From positions 1 through 42,902 of the IMG/VR virus record IMGVR_UViG_3300012952_000034: DNA of 42,902 nt. One strand, 5' to 3'. The notes beneath the pieces were generated by a model. That model had not been told where the DNA came from, did no database searches, and saw nothing but the letters and a program-made list of their open reading frames with translations. Numbering within the stretch: position 1 is the first letter of the stretch; each line of letters begins with the position of its first letter. The position numbers were made by a program, and so were the translations under genes. This document shows, in pieces, positions 1 to 7,338 of the stretch. The stretch is from a virus. Lineage: Duplodnaviria; Caudoviricetes.

Positions 1-210
1 CTCTTTATGAGCGTCTGAGTAGGCTGCGCGAGCCCTGTCAAGACAGTAGTCGTAAGCGTTAGCGAACTGAGCGACATAGTCGGCATCTGTCGGGATGGTT
101 CCGTAGAAGCTACAGCCTTCTGCTGCTGCTCGCTTGTGGGTCTCCTCGTTTCTCGCGAGAATGTAGGTGAGGGTGTCGGTCGCCATCAGTTGTTCGCTTG
201 TCATAGTCAT
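1..210 (-). CDS. Small early-type phage protein, 3' end truncated by the window edge (MTMTSEQLMATD...AAYSDAHKE)
   Basis: Open frame from ATG at 210 to the window edge. AACGGAGA RBS and the conserved promoter/operator lie upstream. Not in the ORF track. Confidence 0.75.
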   Translation of the reverse strand, partial: MTMTSEQLMATDTLTYILARNEETHKRAAAEGCSFYGTIPTDADYVAQFANAYDYCLDRARAAYSDAHKE

Positions 211-238
211 GAGTGATCTCCGTTGGTTATGATTATAG

Positions 239-265
239 CTTATAACACAGGATGCGTTACGTCAA
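239..265 (-). promoter_or_regulatory. Regulon promoter with 17-bp operator-like palindrome
   Basis: Minus strand TTGACG-15-TATAAG containing TAACGCA-TCC-TGTGTTA (243-259). Confidence 0.7.
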
Positions 266-351
266 TAGAATCAGCAAAGAAAAATGAAAATAATAATTGA
301 ATTGCAGAGCAGGGCATCGAATAAAAGTTTGAAAAAAGAATCGAAGGCTCG

Positions 352-415
352 GTATTAAATCCCCCTATAGGATATAAATACCCTACGGGTATTTTATCCA
401 TAGGGGGTTTAATAC
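352..415. repeat. 64-bp imperfect palindrome, copy 1
   Basis: GTATTAAATCCCCCTATAGGATATAAATACCC-TAC-GGGTATTTTATCCATAGGGGGTTTAATAC. It is 54/64 identical to the reverse complement of 27899-27962. Confidence 0.9.
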
Positions 416-446
416 TGGGCATCGTACATTTTTCGATGCTGTTTTC

Positions 447-475
447 TTGCCTGATCTAACCGACAATGCTATATC
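447..475 (+). promoter_or_regulatory. Possible sigma70-type promoter for the glycosyltransferase/neck operon
   Basis: TTGCCT-17-TATATC with TG immediately upstream of the -10 (extended -10). Confidence 0.35.
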
Positions 476-507
476 TTAGATGCAACGAAGATATGGAGTA
501 TCAATCA

Positions 508-3426
508 ATGAACTGTGCAGACCTTTCCTATGTCGCCATTATTCCCACGATGGGACTTCCTCACGCCAGAACGATGATCCATTCGGCAGCAGAAAACGCC
601 GAAGGAAAAGGACTCTTTCTCCTTTCAGTGAATCCGCAATTGGACGATCTGGAAGACGCTCGCTTTCGGGTGTCCGAGTTTCTTGAGGAGTTCCAGAAGC
701 GCAACCCGTCGAAGGATGTCTCTATCCGAGCCATATTCGCAGATGGTCCGCTGGGATTTGGCGGCGCCGTAAATGCTGGGATCAATTGGATTATGGATAA
801 CGGCGGTCTCCCCGATGACCTTTTTATTCTTAATGATGATCTGGTCCTCACCAAGGGCTGGAGAATCGGAATGTCTCAGGCTCTGAGGACCGAGGAGATC
901 AACACCATGGGCAGGTCTGCCGCTGGGTACAAGGACAGCTTTCCGCTCAAGAAGCTATCTCCGAAGTCGAAGGGGATGGGCATGGTCGGCGCTTGTTCCA
1001 ATGTGGTCGCAGGAAGTCAGAAAGTCGATGCTGCAAAAGCAATTGATCAGGTCGGAATATCTGAATTTGCTCGCAATTTTAAAATGGAGAACTGTGGGGA
1101 CGTATACTTCACAGACTTCCTCTCTGGTCTCTGCTTGGCTATCTCAAGAGATGCGGTGAAAGACGTTCTCATGGTCGGGAACCAGCTTTTCGAGGTTTTC
1201 ACTTGCGGAGGATACGAAGATAACGATCTATGCTATCGCATCCAGAGCGCTGGCTGGATGATGGGGATCGTCTCCGACGTTTTCGTTTTCCACCATGGCT
1301 CTCAGACTCTGGACACAGTATACGCGGAGTCTATTAAGGGTCTCATAAACCGAAGCGTGTACTATGAGAAATGGGCTCAAGAGACCCAGAAAGACCACAA
1401 AGTGATCGGAGCCTACAGGGTCGCGATTAAGACGATCAACGATCTGATCCAGCTAAAGCAGAGCATTATCAGAGCGGCGAAGTTCTTGGACGGCTTTTCT
1501 GTTCTGCTGACTAACTCTCCGAGCGAAGCTCTGACCTCATACGACGGGGTACTTGTTAACCAGCTTCCAGACACCGATAAGCTCATCTTTTCGGCTTCAG
1601 AGGGTGGACATGCTCCGACGATGCTCCACTGGCTTAGAGAGCTTCTCCTGTCCGCTTCTGAGATGGCAGATCCAGACTATGCAAGATGGAAGACTCTCGT
1701 CCCAGACGGCGCGCTCATGGTTGAGAAATGGGAGGGAAGCTTCAACGAGCGAGACGAAAGAAACCGCACTCATGAAATGGCGGAAGCTCTTGGCGCTGAC
1801 TTCATTATGTCCATAGACTCAGACGAGATCATAGAGGACAGAATTACTCGCCGAATCTTTCAGCGTCAATTGCACCATCCCGATCCTCTGGTCCGATACT
1901 TTCATACAGGATGGATCAACCACTGGGAATCTCAGAACCTTGTAAGGACCGATCCCCCATTCGCGACTGGGCTTCTTTCTGGAATGATAGGACCGAGGCT
2001 GTGGAAGGTTAACAAGGCGGCGCCATATCGAATCGTCGGAGGTTCTGAGCTTGGGCTCCACTGTGGAAACGCTCCGCCTCATTGCAAGCTTACAGGGCGC
2101 GTCTCTTCTATTCGCTTTCGGCATCTCTCATATATCCGATCCGTTGATCGAGCTTCTAAGTTCGCTTTCTACCAGAACATCGACAAGGAAAAGAATCCCG
2201 CAATGCTCGGAGGAGAGAGCTATCACCATCTTGTAAAGCAGGAAAAGGTAGAGGTGAGCGTATACAATCCATCCAATGGAATCGGCTCATATATGCTCTG
2301 TTATGAGAAGGAATCCCCTGTCGGTGTCGGGATATGGCTGGATAACTTCTACTCTGTAACTGACCGCTCTCTCATGGTCTGGACTGGGGAGTTCAAGAAG
2401 AAAGACCAGCGCTGGATCCATAATCAGGACGCTCTGGAGATTATTGGAATGGGAGAGGAGACCTTCAATAAGAAGTACAAGACAGGTCCGAGATACAAGG
2501 TCGCGATCCTAACCAAGCTTTTTAACTGCGAGGTTATCGCTTCCCGCTTCATCGAGGAGGATGGTCTCGCGAAATGCAGAAATGCGGCTCTCGATTACTT
2601 GCAGAACGCGCAGAGCGATCCTGACTCCGTTCTCCCAAATAACGGGATGGGCTGGGCTGTCTTTGCGGATCCTGATGAGATGGTTCTTGACGACTACAGA
2701 TGGCAGTCTTCGCTCCGAAGGTGCGCCGAGATAAATGATTGCTGGGCGTTTGTTACGACGTTCCGAAACCAACTCGCTGGAGGAAGCTGGTCGACATCGG
2801 AAAGCATCCGACTGTCTCGGCTGCATCCAGTCATGAGAATGGACGGTCGAATCCATGAGGGTTTTGACGGTGTTTTGGGCGACTTGCATGAAAGTGGAAA
2901 CAAGCCTAACGTCCAGCGCTTTCCTATCGAAGTATTCAACACAGGACTCGCGCAGGATCCCGAATCCATGAGGACCAAGCTTGAGCGCTACACTCGGATC
3001 CTTTTGCTTGAGCTTAACGAGAATCCTTTTGATGCAGCAAGCTGGACGGCTCTCGGTCTCCAGTTCGTCAACGAGGATAACTATGAGCAAGCCAAGATCT
3101 GCTTTGAGCGGGGAATGATGAGCGGAGGGCGCTCGCATCTCCCTTATCGGGAGCTTGCGACGGTGCAGGCTCAGGAGCTATTGGCTACGCTTGTCCAAGC
3201 CCTTCACAGGGTCGGCAGGCAGAACGAAGGCTTCGTCGAACGGGCTTCGACTGTGGTCGAGGCTATCAAAGAAATGTTTCCTCCCCATCCAAGGGTCGAG
3301 ACCTATGGGACCGTCTGTCAAGATATAGAATTGCCACCCTTCCCCTATGATAGAATATCCTGTGACGAGAGAGGTGTTTTCACCATCTTGGAGGAGGCAG
3401 AGGATGGCAAAGAAGAAGTTAGCTAA
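508..3426 (+). CDS. Multi-domain GT-A/GT2-like glycosyltransferase with C-terminal TPR
   Basis: Domain 1: ILNDDLV, GGYEDNDLCYR, VFVFHHGSQT. Domain 2: ERNR...DFIMSIDSDE. Domain 3: KCRNAALD...WAVFADPDE. TPR-like NPFDAASWTALGLQF...YEQAKICFERG. Start moved from 466 to ATG 508 because of the GGAG RBS at 495-498. Confidence 0.85.
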   Translation: MNCADLSYVAIIPTMGLPHARTMIHSAAENAEGKGLFLLSVNPQLDDLEDARFRVSEFLEEFQKRNPSKDVSIRAIFADGPLGFGGAVNAGINWIMDNGGLPDDLFILNDDLVLTKGWRIGMSQALRTEEINTMGRSAAGYKDSFPLKKLSPKSKGMGMVGACSNVVAGSQKVDAAKAIDQVGISEFARNFKMENCGDVYFTDFLSGLCLAISRDAVKDVLMVGNQLFEVFTCGGYEDNDLCYRIQSAGWMMGIVSDVFVFHHGSQTLDTVYAESIKGLINRSVYYEKWAQETQKDHKVIGAYRVAIKTINDLIQLKQSIIRAAKFLDGFSVLLTNSPSEALTSYDGVLVNQLPDTDKLIFSASEGGHAPTMLHWLRELLLSASEMADPDYARWKTLVPDGALMVEKWEGSFNERDERNRTHEMAEALGADFIMSIDSDEIIEDRITRRIFQRQLHHPDPLVRYFHTGWINHWESQNLVRTDPPFATGLLSGMIGPRLWKVNKAAPYRIVGGSELGLHCGNAPPHCKLTGRVSSIRFRHLSYIRSVDRASKFAFYQNIDKEKNPAMLGGESYHHLVKQEKVEVSVYNPSNGIGSYMLCYEKESPVGVGIWLDNFYSVTDRSLMVWTGEFKKKDQRWIHNQDALEIIGMGEETFNKKYKTGPRYKVAILTKLFNCEVIASRFIEEDGLAKCRNAALDYLQNAQSDPDSVLPNNGMGWAVFADPDEMVLDDYRWQSSLRRCAEINDCWAFVTTFRNQLAGGSWSTSESIRLSRLHPVMRMDGRIHEGFDGVLGDLHESGNKPNVQRFPIEVFNTGLAQDPESMRTKLERYTRILLLELNENPFDAASWTALGLQFVNEDNYEQAKICFERGMMSGGRSHLPYRELATVQAQELLATLVQALHRVGRQNEGFVERASTVVEAIKEMFPPHPRVETYGTVCQDIELPPFPYDRISCDERGVFTILEEAEDGKEEVS

Positions 3427-3886
3427 GGTTACAGTAATCCAGTCCGTCAACATACCGAGAAGGCTCAGAAGAGCTTTCCTCGGCAGGTCTGGAGCAGCCT
3501 CTCAGGCTCTCAAGGAGGCGGGAAAGCTTGCAGTTCAGAAAGCAAGAGAGGCAGCAGGAGCCCCCGCTCAATCAAAAGCAGCCTTGAGATCTCAGGGATA
3601 CCCATACGCCAAGCGTGCGCCGATCAAGGTCGGAAGCCTTCCTCAGCCTTTCAAGACCAGACCATACATGATCGGAAAGGATACGGGGCAGGTTCAGTCT
3701 TCGATAGTGGGGAAGCACGTTAACCAGTGGAGCTATCGTGTCGTCTGGGAGCCAAAAGCGGATCATGTCAAGTATGTCGTCGAGGGGACTCGGATCCTTC
3801 ATGGCAGGGATCTCATTAGGCGGACGATGTCCGATCCCTCGGTTCTCCAGCAGCTTCAGATCTCCTTTTTCTCGCGGGTGTACTGA
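3404..3886 (+). CDS. Putative neck/tail-completion protein (HK97 gp10-like position)
   Basis: Basic protein with DTGQVQSSI and YVVEGTR motifs, directly upstream of the tail terminator. GGAGG RBS before ATG 3404. Confidence 0.6.
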   Translation: MAKKKLAKVTVIQSVNIPRRLRRAFLGRSGAASQALKEAGKLAVQKAREAAGAPAQSKAALRSQGYPYAKRAPIKVGSLPQPFKTRPYMIGKDTGQVQSSIVGKHVNQWSYRVVWEPKADHVKYVVEGTRILHGRDLIRRTMSDPSVLQQLQISFFSRVY

Positions 3887-4302
3887 TGGCGACCAGCAAC
3901 ATCGAAACGCTTCTCCAGCTTGTCAGGCAGCATCTAATTGGAAGCTCGGCGATCCTTGATCTGGTCGACGGTCGCTGCCATACGTCTCATTTTTTCGACT
4001 TCGACAATGAGACCGTAGTTATGCCCTTGATAATCATCGACATTAACGGAGGATCCGCGAACTATGCGTCGGCTTCTCAGATGGTGAGCCTCCATGTCTA
4101 CGGATACAGCAGAAAGAGCCAAGCTGAAGCGCTGAAGATCTATCAGGCTGCTTATGAGCACTTAAACGCCTCTGAGCTTTCGGTGACGGGACTTTCGCTG
4201 ACAGGTACGGCAGTAGAGACGGAAAGACCTCTGACGGGCTACAACGACCAGATACGGGCGTATTTTGCGCGTGGTTCCTATCGAGTGTTCACAGCGGGTT
4301 AG
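3886..4302 (+). CDS. Putative tail terminator protein (DUF3168-like)
   Basis: LVRQHLIGSSAILDLVDGR...PLIII pattern. Lies immediately before the tail tube gene. Confidence 0.7.
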   Translation: MATSNIETLLQLVRQHLIGSSAILDLVDGRCHTSHFFDFDNETVVMPLIIIDINGGSANYASASQMVSLHVYGYSRKSQAEALKIYQAAYEHLNASELSVTGLSLTGTAVETERPLTGYNDQIRAYFARGSYRVFTAG

Positions 4303-4380
4303 CAATATATTGATAATGTCGGGGACGGGTGATGCGATCTCGCTTATACTGTGAAAGAATAGTTCTAATCGAGGTGAATT

Positions 4381-4992
4381 ATGGCTTTAAATAAACCCAC
4401 AGGATCAACCAATAACATATCATTCGGTCCCGCTATTGTTTCCATGTGCGACTGGGTAGACGTGTCCAGCGTCGGAGCAACAAACCGAGAGCAGTTCCTT
4501 GTAGATGTCGGATACATCGGCGAGGACGGGGTCAATGTCGAGCTAACCTCGGAGAAAAAGAACATCGTTCAAGGGAATCCCCAGCTTATCGAATACAGCT
4601 TCGTGACGACCCAGAGCGTGAACATCTCCTTCACTTCCATCGAATGGGACTTTGATCGATTTGTCTGGGCTCTTGGTGCAGGATCCACGACAACCGCCAA
4701 CACAGGAACGGGGACAATGACTACCCTGAGTTTCTTTTTTGGAGGGAACCCATTGAATACCGAATGCCAGATCATGCTTCAGCACAAGATGGCATCCAGC
4801 GGAAACACCCTGCTTCTCAAGGCTTGGAAGTGCCAGTCCGAAAGTGGGTTCGCGATCCCCTTCACAGCTACCGAAGAGCATTCTTTTGAGTTCAATTTCA
4901 TCGTCCTCGGTTCAGACTATGACTGGTATGGTAGCGCACTGGGCGCAGAGGAATCCCTGATCAAATTTGAGCGTCTGTCTACTACTCCATAG
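4381..4992 (+). CDS. Major tail tube protein
   Basis: NISFGPAIV...DVGYIGEDGVNVE pattern, 203 aa, GAGGTG RBS, followed by a strong terminator. Synteny fits. Confidence 0.8.
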   Translation: MALNKPTGSTNNISFGPAIVSMCDWVDVSSVGATNREQFLVDVGYIGEDGVNVELTSEKKNIVQGNPQLIEYSFVTTQSVNISFTSIEWDFDRFVWALGAGSTTTANTGTGTMTTLSFFFGGNPLNTECQIMLQHKMASSGNTLLLKAWKCQSESGFAIPFTATEEHSFEFNFIVLGSDYDWYGSALGAEESLIKFERLSTTP

Positions 4993-5010
4993 ACCTCCAA
5001 GGTCTGAGGA

Positions 5011-5037
5011 AAGAAGGGGGCGAAAGCCCCCTTTTCT
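5011..5037. terminator. Bidirectional intrinsic terminator
   Basis: AAGAA-GGGGGC-GAAA-GCCCCC-TTTTCT between the convergent tail tube gene and the inserted cassette. Confidence 0.85.
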
Positions 5038-5040
5038 GTT

Positions 5041-5391
5041 TCAGAATGGAAGGTCTTGTCCGTCTTCGATCCCGAAGGGGTTAGCATCGAGGAGCGGCTG
5101 TCCAAGAGCGTCGAAAACCTCTTCTCTGGTTGGCTCGCGCTTTTCGATCACAGCGTCGACAGCGACCCCTCTCGCGGCGTTGAACGCCTCTAAGATGACC
5201 ATGCTTCTCCCTGCATCGAGATCCTCGGCGGCTTCCATTACAAGCTGCATAGCGGCGCCAAATACGCTATTCCATTCGGGCTGTGACTCTGCAAAGTCAA
5301 CAGGGGAAAGCTCTGGGGGATCGAAATGAAAATTACCTTCTTCGATCTGTTGCTGCTGAAGTTCAAAAAACCATTGTCCTGTCTTGCTCAT
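5041..5391 (-). CDS. Acidic early-type protein ending in an SSB-like tail (DGQDLPF)
   Basis: 116-aa ORF, second gene of the cassette driven from 5606-5633. AGGAG RBS. Confidence 0.75.
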   Translation of the reverse strand: MSKTGQWFFELQQQQIEEGNFHFDPPELSPVDFAESQPEWNSVFGAAMQLVMEAAEDLDAGRSMVILEAFNAARGVAVDAVIEKREPTREEVFDALGQPLLDANPFGIEDGQDLPF

Positions 5392-5394
5392 TTT

Positions 5395-5577
5395 CTATCT
5401 CCTGTGGTTAACGATAGTTAGGGTGAGGGTGTCGCCTTCTTCCGCGATGGAGAAGGAAAGATCTGCGAGTTCGTTTTCGCTGATCATGAGGAACATCCGA
5501 GCCGCTTGGATTACGGTCTCTTCAGTGTGGTCGCCGAAGCGGTTATCGAGTTCGGCTTTTGTGAAGTTGATTGTCAT
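5395..5577 (-). CDS. Small hypothetical early-type protein
   Basis: 60 aa, directly downstream of a regulon promoter, GAGGT RBS. Confidence 0.75.
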   Translation of the reverse strand: MTINFTKAELDNRFGDHTEETVIQAARMFLMISENELADLSFSIAEEGDTLTLTIVNHRR

Positions 5578-5605
5578 TTGGTGGTTACCTCTGTCTTACA
5601 CTTAT

Positions 5606-5633
5606 AAGATAACACACCTTGCGTTACTGTCAA
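5606..5633 (-). promoter_or_regulatory. Regulon promoter with 17-bp operator-like palindrome
   Basis: TTGACA-16-TATCTT containing TAACGCA-AGG-TGTGTTA (5610-5626). A-tract upstream. Confidence 0.8.
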
Positions 5634-5641
5634 GGATTATT

Positions 5642-6154
5642 TTAAGTTTTTTTGTATTTTCTCCTTTTCGTTGCCTTGCTCTTCGTCCAGCACAGCTTGG
5701 AGCAGACATCTCGTCCGCTCTTGGAAACGAAGGTCGGCGCTCCACAGCTTGAGCAGAATACGGGATTGCTCCATTTTTTCACAGCATCGCTCTGGATTGC
5801 TCTAATCTTGGAGTCCATCCGCTTAATGATGCTCTGGATCTGTCCTGTCCTGTTTATCCGTCTGTGCTTCATGAATCCGCGAACGCTTCCGTCGTCGTAA
5901 CGCCTGACAGCGCAGATCCGAATTGCATCCGCTCCGACTGTCCGACACTCTCCAGATCTCAAGTCGATAGAGGTGTAGATCTTCACCCTGACAGGGATCG
6001 TCTTTTCGTAGCTCTTCAACTGGAACGAGTAAACCCTTTCCATGGTCCCTCTTTCCCTGTCTTCTTTTATGGTCCAGCTTGAGAAGTCAAAATAATTCTC
6101 GATGGCGTTAGCCAGAGCAAGTCGGCTCTCCTGACATTTTGGATCGTATATCAT
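5642..6154 (-). CDS. Hypothetical protein with C-terminal Cys4 zinc ribbon
   Basis: 170 aa; IYTSID...R..GADAIRI core; CSSC...CSKLC at the C-terminus. ATGA overlap with the upstream gene. Confidence 0.75.
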   Translation of the reverse strand: MIYDPKCQESRLALANAIENYFDFSSWTIKEDRERGTMERVYSFQLKSYEKTIPVRVKIYTSIDLRSGECRTVGADAIRICAVRRYDDGSVRGFMKHRRINRTGQIQSIIKRMDSKIRAIQSDAVKKWSNPVFCSSCGAPTFVSKSGRDVCSKLCWTKSKATKRRKYKKT

Positions 6155-6351
6155 GGGGCTCTCCTTTCATTCCATGCGAGACACTGGACACCGAATGCGA
6201 TCTCCTTCATCTTCTCGGCAAGGTCTGCATCTGACAGAAATCCAACCCATCTTTTTAGGTTCTCGGTGAGGTGCGGAATATAGCTTTCCATACCTTCCTC
6301 AACAAGGTCGGCGATTATCATCTCCAGAAGCTCGGTGTTTTCTTGGCTCAT
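6151..6351 (-). CDS. Small hypothetical early-type protein
   Basis: 66 aa, AACGGAGA RBS, regulon promoter upstream. Confidence 0.75.
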   Translation of the reverse strand: MSQENTELLEMIIADLVEEGMESYIPHLTENLKRWVGFLSDADLAEKMKEIAFGVQCLAWNERRAP

Positions 6352-6377
6352 TGGTTCTCCGTTTTGGTTACAGAAAC

Positions 6378-6406
6378 ATCATAACACAAGGTGCGATAGA
6401 GTGCAA
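6378..6406 (-). promoter_or_regulatory. Regulon promoter with 17-bp operator-like palindrome
   Basis: TTGCAC-17-TATGAT containing TATCGCA-CCT-TGTGTTA (6382-6398). Confidence 0.75.
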
Positions 6407-6434
6407 GCATGAAGGAGATTTTTTTTCTGTCCTG

Positions 6435-6462
6435 TTGCTCATATCGTCGTTTGTGTTATTCT
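6435..6462 (+). promoter_or_regulatory. Divergent promoter restarting the tail operon, with a degenerate operator
   Basis: TTGCTC-16-TATTCT containing TATCGTC-GTT-TGTGTTA (6442-6458). Confidence 0.5.
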
Positions 6463-6485
6463 TGAGAAGACACAGGAGAAAATAT

Positions 6486-6980
6486 ATGAGTCAAAAAGCC
6501 ATAATGCCAGACATGCCAGAAGGAGCAGAAGAAGCCATCGACGGAATGAGAACCCTTATGGAGTCTCTCGTCCCGCCTGACGACGTTACGATAACCGACA
6601 TTTTTGGGACAGAGTACACCGTCACGACGAAGATTAGCGCTCGCTCTCAGATCAAGATTATCCGCGAGCTTGAGTCCTGCGCCGACATCGATCTTGGTGT
6701 ATCCAGCATTCAAGAGCTAAGCCTCCCAGCGCTCGTCTTTAAGGTTGCAGCTAACGAGCAGCTTCTGGAGATGGTTGGTCGGTGCATGAGCATAGCTTTC
6801 CCTCTGGTGGTCTCAAACGCCGAGGCGACAGCCAAGGAGAAGGGGGTCGCCTATGAAGAGCCCAGCGCTATCGATCTCTTTTCGGTCGAAGAGGTGGTCA
6901 GTGCTATCGTCCCTTTGTTTTTACGGGTGGCGAAGAAGACGGGGTCCGTTCTGACGATTCTAAGCGCCCTAACAAGCTAA
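6486..6980 (+). CDS. Tail assembly chaperone (gpG-like)
   Basis: Lies between the tail tube and tape measure genes. AGGAG RBS before ATG 6486. Contains an in-frame slippery heptamer. Confidence 0.75.
   Translation: MSQKAIMPDMPEGAEEAIDGMRTLMESLVPPDDVTITDIFGTEYTVTTKISARSQIKIIRELESCADIDLGVSSIQELSLPALVFKVAANEQLLEMVGRCMSIAFPLVVSNAEATAKEKGVAYEEPSAIDLFSVEEVVSAIVPLFLRVAKKTGSVLTILSALTS
6911..6923 (+). other. Putative -1 programmed ribosomal frameshift site
   Basis: C-CCT-TTG (XXXYYYZ in frame), immediately followed by G-TTT-TTA. The -1 frame is open from here into ORF 7001-7303. Confidence 0.7.
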
Positions 6981-7000
6981 AGAAAAAGCCTGTCGACTCC

Positions 7001-7303
7001 ATGAAAGAAGTTCTCGGAGTTCTTCTTTCTTCTGGCTATTCTCTGGATCAGATCCTCGACTGGTCATGGGACCATATTAATTTGACTGCTGAGTGTATAA
7101 TGACGCACAAAGTAGAGATGATCAATATGGTGTTTGAGCCTGTCGCTGCTGCATTCGGAGGAAAAGGAAAGAAAAAAAATCGGCAAAAATCCATTGATTC
7201 ACAGCGAAGACTAAGGGAAGCCATGACACCGCAACAGAAAGAAAATGACTTGTTGCGGAGTATTGGAATGGCGGGTCTGAAGGTGCAGGGTCCGACGAAA
7301 TAA
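7001..7303 (+). CDS. Tail assembly chaperone extension (gpT-like part of a G-T fusion)
   Basis: In the -1 frame relative to 6486-6980, with no clear RBS. Directly precedes the tape measure gene. Confidence 0.7.
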   Translation: MKEVLGVLLSSGYSLDQILDWSWDHINLTAECIMTHKVEMINMVFEPVAAAFGGKGKKKNRQKSIDSQRRLREAMTPQQKENDLLRSIGMAGLKVQGPTK

Positions 7304-7338
7304 GCTAAAAAAACATAAGCGGTTTATCTGGGGCGAAC

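Noticed and set aside
240-422. 60-aa minus-strand ORF across palindrome copy 1
   Set aside because: It runs through the palindrome and promoter with no RBS and is probably spurious.
7082-7101. TTGACT...TATAAT promoter-like pair inside the chaperone extension
   Set aside because: The spacer is only 8 bp.
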